NCBI RefSeq assembly: GCF_018977255.1
Contig: NW_024705419.1
Coordinates: 1 to 46,311 of the forward strand
From: Callorhinchus milii
Lineage: Eukaryota
DNA length: 46,311 nucleotides
Reading direction: 5' to 3'
Part shown: positions 26,621 to 37,400 of the stretch, one piece after another
Position numbering within the stretch: position 1 is the stretch's first letter
Layout: every line of letters starts with the position of its first letter
Notes under the pieces: generated by a model
What the model was told of the DNA's origin: nothing
What the model saw: only the letters and a program-made list of their open reading frames with translations
Database searches by the model: none
Made by a program: the position numbers and the translations under genes

Positions 26621-27214
26621 TACGCGGCAACAGTGACTCCTGATGCAGCTGCAGAGACGAGTGTCTGTCTCCATGACCGTCGCGTCCCCTATCCCCAAAT
26701 GTGTGGCCTCCTCCTGTAGAGACACTGGGGTCAGTTTGCCCATCCTCCTCGTCACAGACTTCCTTGTCCATATGGGTTCTCCATCACTCTCCGGAGACCC
26801 CTTTCCTGCCTGACTGTCCTGCCCCTCACTAGCAATAATAATAATAATAATAATCCTTGCATTTGATATAGCGCTTTTCACGTCTTATGGACGTCTCAAA
26901 GCGCTTCACAGAACACACTGCGAAGTGAACGGACTGCATATTTGTGGGTGAAATGCAACAGCCAAGTGAGAGAGAGAGAGAGATAATCAAAATCGAGTCA
27001 GTGTGAGAAAGGATGTGTTTGAAAAGAGAGGAAACGCAGCAAAGCGATGCAAAGTGACATTTACACAAACACTCTGTTTGAAACGGCATTTCAGACCCGA
27101 GCCGAGGGGTCAGCTGGGGAGAAGGGAGCGGACGGGAAGGGGGGAAGAAGGGAGGGGAGGGGAAGGGAGTTGACCGATGGCACAGTCGAAGAGGAGGGTC
27201 TTAGCTACTGCGAT

Positions 27215-27535
27215 GTGGAGTCCTGTAGCTCAGTGGTTAGAGCACTCGCTTTGCAAGCGAGAGACCCGAGTTCAATTCCAGGCAGAGGGCGAAACCTTGG
27301 GCAAGTTTCCTTTCTCCACACAGAGCCTAATAATAATCCCTCCAAAAAAAACAAAACAATAATAAATTGGTCATTTTCAATCCATGAATCTTTGTGGGAA
27401 ATTGCTGCGCGCAATTGGCTGCCGCGTTCGCCCACAAATATACGGTCAATTCACTTTACCGTGTGTTCTGTGCAGCGCTTTGGGACGTCCTCCCTACGTG
27501 AAAAGTGCTGTATCAAATGCAAGGATTATTATTAT
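27215..27535 (+). mobile_element. tRNA(Ala-TGC)-derived SINE with L2-type tail, full length
   Basis: A box TAGCTCAGTGG, anticodon-like arm CTCGCTTTGCAAGCGAG, B box GAGTTCAATTCC, (ATT)n tail. Near-identical to the copies at 34844 and 35761. Confidence 0.9.
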
Positions 27536-27610
27536 CAGTATTATGTCTCTCCACGTGTCAAAAACACACAGAAGGAAGAGTCATCACGACACCATCCTGA
27601 TAATTCCATG

Positions 27611-27616
27611 TTTATT
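27611..27616 (-). terminator. Candidate polyadenylation signal of the C1s-like gene
   Basis: AATAAA on the minus strand about 70 nt after the TGA. An ATTAAA is also present at 27665-27670. Confidence 0.5.
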
Positions 27617-27686
27617 TTCCCCGTGTTATAAACCCCAAGATCCCATGAGCCTTAAGAACCCGTTTTTAATGATCATTGTTGAGATT

Positions 27687-28441
27687 TCAATCAGAATTGT
27701 TCTTCATTGTGTCTTCGATCCACTCGAGATACTTGAGCACTTTAGTGTAGAATCCAAACGACCCGCAATTTATTCCCCAGGATACGATCCCACCGACATA
27801 GTACTGCTTGCTCTGGGGACGAGTGAAGACGAATGCTCCTCCGCTGTCCCCTTGGCAGGAGTCCCCTCCCACCCCCAGGCCAGCACAGATCATGTTCTCA
27901 GTCACCCGCTGACCGTTGCCCTCCATGTTGCTCCGACACTCCTCCAAGTCGGAGACGGGCAGCCGCGTGTACATGAGATGCGGTGTTAAAGTCCCGTTCT
28001 CCGTCACTCCCCATCCTGACACAGTGCCCAGGATTCCCGGGGTCACCTGGTGCTCTGAGTCTCTCCGGGGCAAGCAGACGGGGGCGATGGCTGGTCCCAG
28101 CACCAGTTTGGCTTTCAGTCTAATCAGCGCGATGTCGTGGTTGTAATTGTAGGTGTCGGTCTCCTCCGAGTTGTTGTAAAGCGGGTGGACGAAAACTCGG
28201 TCCGGGATCAGGGCCACCGCTTGCTTTCGGTTCTTCAGGTTAACCAGTCCAGCCGACAGCACGATCCCACGTCTCGGAGACACCACGTGGGCCGCCGTCA
28301 GCACCCAGCGATCCGAGATCAGCGCCCCCGCCCCCCGGGGGATCCGAAAGTGCACCTGCCACGGGAAGTTACCCGGCTCAGCCCGCGAGCCATGCAGCAC
28401 CCGCGAGCGGAACACCAGCGGATTGCCAGGCAGACCGCAGA
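27687..28441 (-). CDS. C1s-like last exon: activation linker and trypsin-like serine protease domain
   Basis: VCGLPGNPLVFRSR|VLHG..FPWQV..TAAH..HDIAL..PVCLP..DSCQGDSGG..VSWG..FYT. Active-site Ser codon AGC at 27845-27843; S1 Asp present. Confidence 0.95.
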
Positions 28442-31400
28442 CTGCTCAGCGGGTCAGGGAGACACAAACATTTAAAAATTCAGTGAGAGTCGGGTTCAGT
28501 TCAACACGTTGGGGTTTATTTGCGTGTCTGACGTGTGGCAACCCTACCCACACCCAACAGCATCCAAACCAAACTGACAGTCCCATGATTCCCACCCACA
28601 TGGAAATCCTTGGATAGTTATTGGAAGCGGAAACACTCTCTCCCTGGAGGGTTGCGTCCGCACCCCGCAGGCTAGTCACTTCCTATTGAAGGCATCACCA
28701 TGACAGGGATAGAAAATAAATTGTGTTTCCCAGATATTGAAGCTGAAAGACAGTTTTCCACACAAAATAATAGTAAAAATCCATGCATTTGATAGAGCAC
28801 CTTGTCATCTGGTCAATATATCGCAAAATACTTGATATACTATGACGAGGAAAGAAGTGGAGTCCTGTAGCTCAGTGGCTGGAGCACTCGCTTTACAAGT
28901 GAGAGACCTGAGTTCAATTCCAAAAATCTTGGGCAAGTTCCTTACTCCACACAGAGCCTAATAATAATCCCTCCAAAACCAAAAACAATAACTAAATTGG
29001 TCATTTTTAATCTACGACTGTGACGTCGGGAGGACGTCCCAAAGCGCTTCACAGAACACACTGTAAAGTGAATTGACTGTATATTTGTGGGCGCACGTGG
29101 CAGCCAATTGCGCACAGCAATGTCCCACAAACAGTCGTAGATTGAAAATAACCAATTTTATTATTGTTTTGTTTTGGAGGGATTATTATTTGGCTGTGTG
29201 TGGAGTAAGGAAACTTGCCCAAGGTTTCGCCCTCTGCCTGGAATTGAACTCAGGTCTCTCACTTGCAAAGCGAGTGCTCTAACCACTGAGCTACAGGACT
29301 CCACAAGTTTTCTCCAGGTTTCTCCCTGATCAACCAATCCTCCCCTTCTCCCTCCCTCCTATAACCGTCGATTCCTCTCTACCGCATGTGAAGGTCTCAC
29401 TCTTGAAAAGATCCACAGTTTTTTAATTCAACCGCCGCTTCGTGCGGCAAACTCCACAATCTCATTCCCTCTGTGGATTCTTACAGGTCTGAGGAAGCTA
29501 GCGACCCAACTGTGAATCAATGACTACCATGCAAGTAAGACGCTGATCTGCTGTGTTCTGCTCGTGCTTTAGATGTGGCCCTCATTGCTTCTTTTACCTG
29601 GAATACAGACAGGAACGTGGGCGCCCAGATGACGATTTTCCCAACTTCCTTCCGCGGTGCAGCTGAAGTTCTCTGTAAATGTCACAGCTTAATTAGACAT
29701 GAAGACATCATTCACTGGAGCAAGGATTCTTGCTACTGAGCTCCCTGCGAGTCAAGCAGTAGGACGTTTCATTCTAATCAACCACGGGCAGCTTGCCAGA
29801 CAGTACTCTCAATGGCAAGCTGTGCAGTTTTAGCTGGTTAGACTCCAGCAGTTACCCTCAATGTACACTATGGGCTCCCAAGCCTTGGATCTTGCCAACA
29901 TGTGTCGAACAAGCTCTGAAATTAGAGCAGAATGATGTGATCCTGTAAGGAGTGAGTGCGGATCCTCTTCGAATAATATACACAAATGTCCTGGTGTGTG
30001 TCAGATGCCCAGAACTCTCAGACTATGAAGCATGGTGATTGGTGTCTGCAGTCTTCAGATATCCGGCGGACATGGGGTATAACCCACAACCCTTTGACTT
30101 GGAAGTGAGAGTACAACCACGGCACCAGGCTAACAAGTGTGTATCTGGTGCTGCCTTTGGCATCAGGCCCATCTCCCGGATTCATTGCCGTGCCCAGTCT
30201 CCATCCAGGATCTGAGCCCATTCCCCACCTGTCTCGGGTTGGTTGGATGCAGACACCAGATTCAGGTTGACCCACTGCACTCTCAATTCCACCTCCAGAT
30301 AGAGCAGCTTCATCCTGTGTATTTTTCCCCAAGTCCGAGCGGTGGGAAGGAAATTGATGAAGAATGGAAAGGAGTTTTTTCTAAAACACGGAGATTGTAC
30401 TCACCGCTCTTATAGGTCACCATTTTATAATATGGCTCATTGCACTGGTACTGAATGGAAGAGCCATACGTGGTGAGATTTTGGCCTTTACTATACGAGA
30501 AGACTCCATTCTCGATTCCAGGCGGCAGCGCGCAGTCCACAGCTGGTGGCGACAGAAACCCAGTGACAAGTTTGGGATTGCACATTCAAAAATTCCCTCC
30601 TCCCAAAGAGATATTCAGTCCCTGCGACGGCTAGACCCAATTAGTCTCTATGAATAACAACAACACTTACGCTGGCAACTGTATCCAAAAGTATTCCATG
30701 TCCCGTTCTTGTTGCACTCCGCAAAAAAGTAAGGCAGCGTCTTCAACCCCTGGGAAAAAAATTGCAAATTCTGTTTAAACTCCCCCAATCCTTTCCCAAA
30801 TGAGAGCCTAAATATTTTGTCCAAAGCAGCGTTTTGCATTCCAACAAAAACAAATTGTGTTTACGTGCGGCACCTTTCACATCTGGTGGACATCCAGAGA
30901 CGCTAAACATTCAAAAGTTTGCACCTGAGTTGGGGTTGCATCCGGAATAGGTGGAGGGCCTGGGGGTGATTGTGGGAGGATGTGCGAAGGCGTGGTCAAA
31001 GAAGAAAGTCCTGAGATGTGCGTTGAAGGGTGCAAGGGAGGGATCGAGAGAGATGGATTCTGGTATGGATCTCCAGAGGATGGGGCATTAAAACCGATTG
31101 CTTATAGTGGAGCTGGCAGGACGAGGGACGTGAAGTATGGTTGGCAGTGCCATCCTTCAATTGAGATGTTAAACCAAGATCTCACTTGTACAGGTGGACA
31201 TTAAGATCGCAGTGCAATTGGAATCTAATTCCCATAGAACAAAAACTAATTACCTCGACTATTTCATATCCTTTCACACATGAGACTTTCACTGTGTCCT
31301 GAAAGTAAAACTTGTCCCAGTGAGGCTCAAGAATATTCAGTGGTGCCAGATAACCAGGACAATACGTTCCGATTTCTGCAGTGAAATAAAAACAATTATT

Positions 31401-34400
31401 ATGAAATCCCTTGGGGGTTGTTTTGCGTAAACAATTTGAAATTGCTCTGCTCTTTTGCTCACGGAAGACTTCAAGTACAATGTCTTGTCACACTTGACAG
31501 CAAACGTTCGTGAGCATTGGTTCATGTGGTGGGATATGGTGCTGTTGCCCCAAATGTGTAAACATGGCTCAAGAGAAGACATTGAGGATATCAATTGGAA
31601 GATACAAATGGGCACCAGTCCTAAATTTCCCTGGAAGGACCGGGCTGAGGAGATCTGCACTCTGGCCAGGCTGGTCTTATTTTAAGGACAACAAGTCCAA
31701 ATGCAGGAGGTTAAGCTTGCCGAAGATAAGTCCCATGTGCAAATAGTTCTCCTTTATGGATCTGAATCCTGGGGAGGCAGCGGAGTATCCAGGATCAAGC
31801 AGTGAGGTGGATTTGTGGGAAAGCAGCTACAGCAAGGAAGGGATCCAGCCAAAACTGATGCTAAGCACCTAGAGGTGGCGTTGGCTTCACATTGGGCACA
31901 TTTATTTGCCAAGGCCCTTCATACGAGGAGCTTTTGAAGAATAAACCTGACATTGCTTATCCAGGTGGCTGGCAAATCATGAGCTGTCCTGCGAAAGTAC
32001 ACCCACTACGCTGAAGCTGATGAGAAAACTCTGAGTCTTGGGACAACAGCTTTTGTTACCTGGAGTTTACGCGGAGTCTTGAAGACAAGTTTGAACATCC
32101 AGCGCCAGGAATCCAACTTGATTGGTTTGCAGAGCCATCAGTAGCCGCTGGCTGAACAAACTGCACGTCATTGCTCAACGGGAAGGAATCGTGTGTCCAA
32201 TGTGCAGACGGAAAGGTTGTGCCAATGTTCTCATACATTTCATGCTGAGCTGTGTTGCCACCAGGAAGCTCGCAGGGAATTTCAGGCAACTACCTTCCGC
32301 CCTGTGAGGGCTTAAGCCCACGCTTGTCAGATGCCAAATGCGATGCTGCCGGGGGGGATGGTGGGGCGCGGGCTAAGTGGGTCCTGCTCGGAGTTGAAAT
32401 GGTTCCACTGTGATTTATTTGGCAAAGGAATGTTAACCATAGAGCCAATATTCTGTGGTTTCCCCAGAGGGGTCTTGTGGTCTTGCTCCCCCCTCTGCGA
32501 GCAATAAACAGCCAACCAACATGCATACCGGCCTGCTCCAAGTGCCCCTCCCTGCCCACCCCACCATCGCCCGTCCGTTCCTCAGCGTTTCTGCCCCACC
32601 TAATGGATATTTGTAGCACGTTGTTATGTGCAAACTGGTTACTACCTTTCGCTCACAAAATACACAATCACTGTACTTCACAGTTCATTATGCGAAGCGC
32701 TTTAAGACACTTTGATGACAAGATAAGGTGTTATATCAAATGCAAGGATTATTATGTTTTTATTGTTATTATCATTATTAGCACAGAGGCAAAACTATAT
32801 CGTCACCGCTTGAAAACTGAATTTACCTTCACAGGTGTGGCCACTGCTATGAATCACAAAGCCAAGAGAACAGTAACAGTGAAAACTTCCAATCTTGTTT
32901 CCGTAAAAATGGCTGCAGTTGTGGGCGACAATATCACACTCATTAATATCTGAAAATAAATAAATGTGCTCAGAAAGAAAAGAGCTTCCAGTGGGAGAGA
33001 AACTGTAGCTTTCAAAGCATTTCACAATACTTTCCGACTGGTTTCCCGAGTGTATCAGCGCTCTGACCTCTGAGACAGAATGTTTTGGGTTCAAGCCCCA
33101 AGTCGGGATATAGAATCACAGTCTAACCTGACGCTCCGCTGTGGAGGACTGCATCTCGGAGGCACCGTTGTTCAGATGAGACATTAAAGCAATTCCTGTC
33201 TGTGCCTCTTCAGGGTCCCGAGGCGCTATTGGAAAAGAGAAGGGAGTTTCTCTCTCCAATCCTGTCCGACAATCCCCCAATTAAAGTGGTTGCTACTCCA
33301 TAGCTTTTTTCTTGGACGTTGCTCCTAAGCAACTTAGCTGCCATGCTCGCTCACAAAATACACAACCGTATTTGTGCGGTAAACTGCAGAGTACAGTAAA
33401 ATATGTGAAGTGCTTTGAGACATCTTGATGACGTATATCAAATGCAAAATATATTCTGCTTTCTCCCCTACTTGTTTTTCTAATAAGCCTAAAACCATAA
33501 CCACTCTCCTAATTAAATCAAACACCTTCCCACTGTTGATATTGCTGCTTTCCTTTCAGAAACGGTCATGCCTTCTTCACACCTCCTCTCTCAATCTCGT
33601 TTCCCTCTGCTCTTTATTCTATTCTCTTCAACGGCTTTCCTTCTATTGCAAAATCTTTATTCCTTACCTACGCGTGAGTACAAAGCCAGGAAGCCCGTCA
33701 GCCTGTCCTCATTGGAAGTTTCGGATTGAAACAGAACTTGCATTGAGTTAGTGGAGGAAAAGTATTCCCGGAATTCCGGACTGACACCGTGTGATGTCCT
33801 GCCACACACGTTGAAGAGTTCTTTCACTTCTGTCACCACCTGTAAGAAATACAATAATCAAGGTTGCTTTTTAATAGACGGGGCTAAAACCAGAGCTAAA
33901 ATCAGGGTTAACAGCAGTTGCAATTGGAGAGTCACTGCTCCCAGTGGCCAGTCCACCCCCTCCAAGTTCAACATGTACGTCATTGCCGGAGTCAGGGACC
34001 AGAGTCATGAGTCAGTCTGGCTCACTGTGTGTCATCTCAGCTCAATGTATGTCAGCACAGCTTAGTGTGTGTCAGCCCGCCTCAGTGAATGTCAATCCAG
34101 CTCAGTTTGTGTCAGCCCAGCTCAGTGTGCAATAATAATCCCTCCAAAACCAAAAAAAACCATAATAAATGGGTCATTTTCAATCTACGACTGTTTGTGG
34201 GACATTGCTGTGCGCCATTGGCTGCCGCTTCAGCCCACAAATATACAGTCAATTCACTTTTACAGTGTGTTCTGTGAAGCGCTTTGGGACGTCCTCCCGA
34301 CGTGAAAAGCGCTATATCAAATGCAAGAATTAATATTGTTATTATTATCATCTGTCCCATCATCTGCTTGTTCAGGTGCACGTCAATAATCCCATGGCAG

Positions 34401-37400
34401 TATTTGGAGAGAGAAGCCCAGCCAACAATCCCCTTTCTTAAAAATTTGGATAATAACAAAATAATACTTGCATTTGATATATCATATCTTCGCGACCTCT
34501 CAAAACACTTCACAGAATATACTATACAGTGGTTTTACTATATATTTTGTGGGCGGAAACCAGGGACGCAGAACGCGTATCCAATTGCGGATAACAGTGT
34601 CCCACCAACAGTCTTGGATTGAGTAACGATTTTTAAAAAAAAATAATTTAAAGGATTATTAGCCCCGGTAAAGTAATCCGCCAAGCAGCTAACCACCAGG
34701 TTGCTACTTACTGCTGGTTGAACAGAGAAATATGAAACTTGCCTAAGTTTTTACCTTACCTGAGAATCGAACCGAGGTTCTCTCGCTTGCGAGACGAGCG
34801 ATCTAACCACTAAGCTACTCGATAAAATTCCTCACTGTTTAATGTGGAGTCCTGTAGCTCAGTGGTTAGAGCACTCGCTTGGCAAGTGAGAGACCGGAGT
34901 TCAATTCCAGGCAGAGGGCGAAACCTTGGGCAAGTTTCCTTACTCCACACAGAGCCTAATAATAATCCCTCCAAAACCAAAACAATACTAAATTGGTCAT
35001 TTTCAATCTACGACTGTTTGTGGGACATTGCTGTGCGCAATTGGCTGCCGCGTTCGCCCACAAATGTACAGTCAATTCACTTTACAGTGTGTTCTGTGAA
35101 GCGCTTTGGGACGTCCTCCCGACGTGAAAAGCGCTATATCAAATGCAAGGATTATTATTATTATTATTATTAATGGATGTTGTTGTGTGCGAACTGGCTG
35201 TCACGTTTCACCCAGAAAATACAGTCACCTCACTTCCCGTGTGCAGTGAATCCTGCGAAGTGCTTTGAGATGTTTCAACAACTGATGAGGCCCTGTATCC
35301 AACGCTATGATTATTATTATTATTTGAGAGGGCAGCAAATGGTTAATTTGATTTTGGGGATTGTTGGGAGAGAGAAACTCCCTTCTCTTCTCAAATAGTG
35401 CCATGGGATCTTTACGTCAACCTCAACAACCAGCTGGGACCTCAGTTAAACATCTCATCCAAACGATGGCACTCTCCCAGCACAGCGCTGGAGCATTAGA
35501 TAAGACTGTGCTTCCAACAATGTGGGGTTCGACCCCACAGCTGACTAACTCCGAGTGACTGAGTGACTAACTCTATCGCTGACACACACTCACTCACGTC
35601 TTCCGAACCAACATCTGAACTTTCAACCAATGCATAAGAGTTTATACTATACAGCGCCGTACGCAGAGGATGGCGGCTCACGGTGCTTTGTGATCGGTTT
35701 GATGCTGAGCTGGAAAAGTAAGGGGAGGTGAAGGCATCGTCTTCAGGTGCGATCCCAAGATAATAATAATAATAATAATAATAATCCTTGCATTTGATAT
35801 AGCTCTTTTCACGTCGGGAGGACGTCCCAAAGCGCTTCACAGAACACACTGTAAAGTGAATTGACTGTATATTTGTGGGCGAACGAGGCAGCCAATTGCG
35901 CACAGCAATGTCCCACAAACAGTCGTAGATTGAAAATGACCCATTTTATTATTGTTTTTGGTTTTTGGAGGGATTATTATTACGCTCTGTGTGGAGTAAG
36001 GAAACTTGCCCAAGGTTTCGCCCTCTGCCTGGAATTGAACTCAGGTCTCTCACTTGCAAAGCGAGTGCTCTAACAACTGAGCTACAGGACTCTGCAAAAG
36101 ATGGGCAAAGAGGGGGGGGAGGCAGGGGGATTAAGGCAGAGATTTCCAGTGATTCAGGGCATAGTGGCTGAACTCAGGTCCACTGATTGTGAAGTCAAGG
36201 GAGATGAGGGACATGCAGAAGGCCCAATCCATCTGAGAGGCAGCGGGTGGAGGATTGGGGGTCTGAACAGATGGGAAACGTTGGGAAATCCCAGAAGAGA
36301 CTTGAAAACAGAAGTCAAGTCTTCATACCGATCCGTTCTCCGGGAGAGTTGGCTGGTGAAAACTGGGGCGATGGCATTGCGGAGCCGAGTATGGGTGAGG
36401 ACACGGGAGGCCGCGCTTTGAATCGTTCAGACTTTGTTAATCGCGGAGTTGGGGAGCTCGGCGAGGAGCGTTGTGAGAGTTTGAGGCTGGAGGTGTGACA
36501 AACATTTGATCATCTCCCCAACCTCCGACACTGGCGAACATTTCCTCCAAAATTACACAGTTCTGCACAAACCCTTTGAAAAAGAGTCACCCTAATCTCC
36601 GCACAATTATACCTTAATATACTCTCTTTCACATCTCTCTGACCATTTGATTTCCACGTGTACCAAATACAGTTTTAGAATATATCCAGGGCGCGCCGAT
36701 ATCTCCCAGATTCCAGTGCTGTTCCCAGGATATTCCAGAGGGTAATTTGGAGAAGATATTTCCCCGGAGATGTCAGTCAGTTGGATACATCTGGACTCCC
36801 AAGCCGTCAGAAGCAACCACAAAATGAACCTGGATTTGGGGAGGATATCATCGGGTCAATACATAACTTGTCCCAAATAACACACATCTATTTTCAGATC
36901 CACGTGTGCAATGTGACAACAATTAGAATAAGCTTTCAATTTGAAAACAACATTTTACAATGCGCTTTACAGGATTTACTGTAAACTGTGGACAGCTGTG
37001 TGTCTGACACATGCAAAAACACATGATCTTACTGAGATATTCACACATACAACAACACCACCGACTTGCATTTACGTGGCGTCTTTCATATGGGGGAGGG
37101 TCCCGGAGCTCTTCACGTTGGCAGAGTATGACAATGAGGCAGATGGAGGAGTTGAGGTTACTGTAAGTACGATCAAAAAGTCTTCAGTCATAAACCACGT
37201 CACCTCTGGATCTCCCTGTCTGTGTTCACCATCTTGATCCGTTTCCAGGAATTTTTAATTCTCATTTCAAAACCCAATCCCCTGGACGCTGGCTTTGTTC
37301 ATCACCATTTCTCCCTTGCTCAACGTCCAACTTCATCAATGACAAGCTACCCCATCAGTGTGAAACTCTCTGAGAAGCTACCCCATCAATGTGAAACTCT

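Noticed and set aside
27215..27290. tRNA-Ala-like sequence (also at 34844, 36092, 28857, 29304)
   Set aside because: No proper acceptor stem, and it is always followed by the same body and (ATT)n tail, so these are SINE heads rather than tRNA genes.
27047..27989. Plus-strand 194-aa and 201-aa ORFs
   Set aside because: Read-through of a SINE and the antisense shadow of the protease exon.
31337..31660. 107-aa minus-strand ORF and a PYP motif as a candidate CUB2 exon
   Set aside because: No SPxYP/CxY/FCG/SD..GW CUB pattern; the PYP frame hits a stop two codons later.
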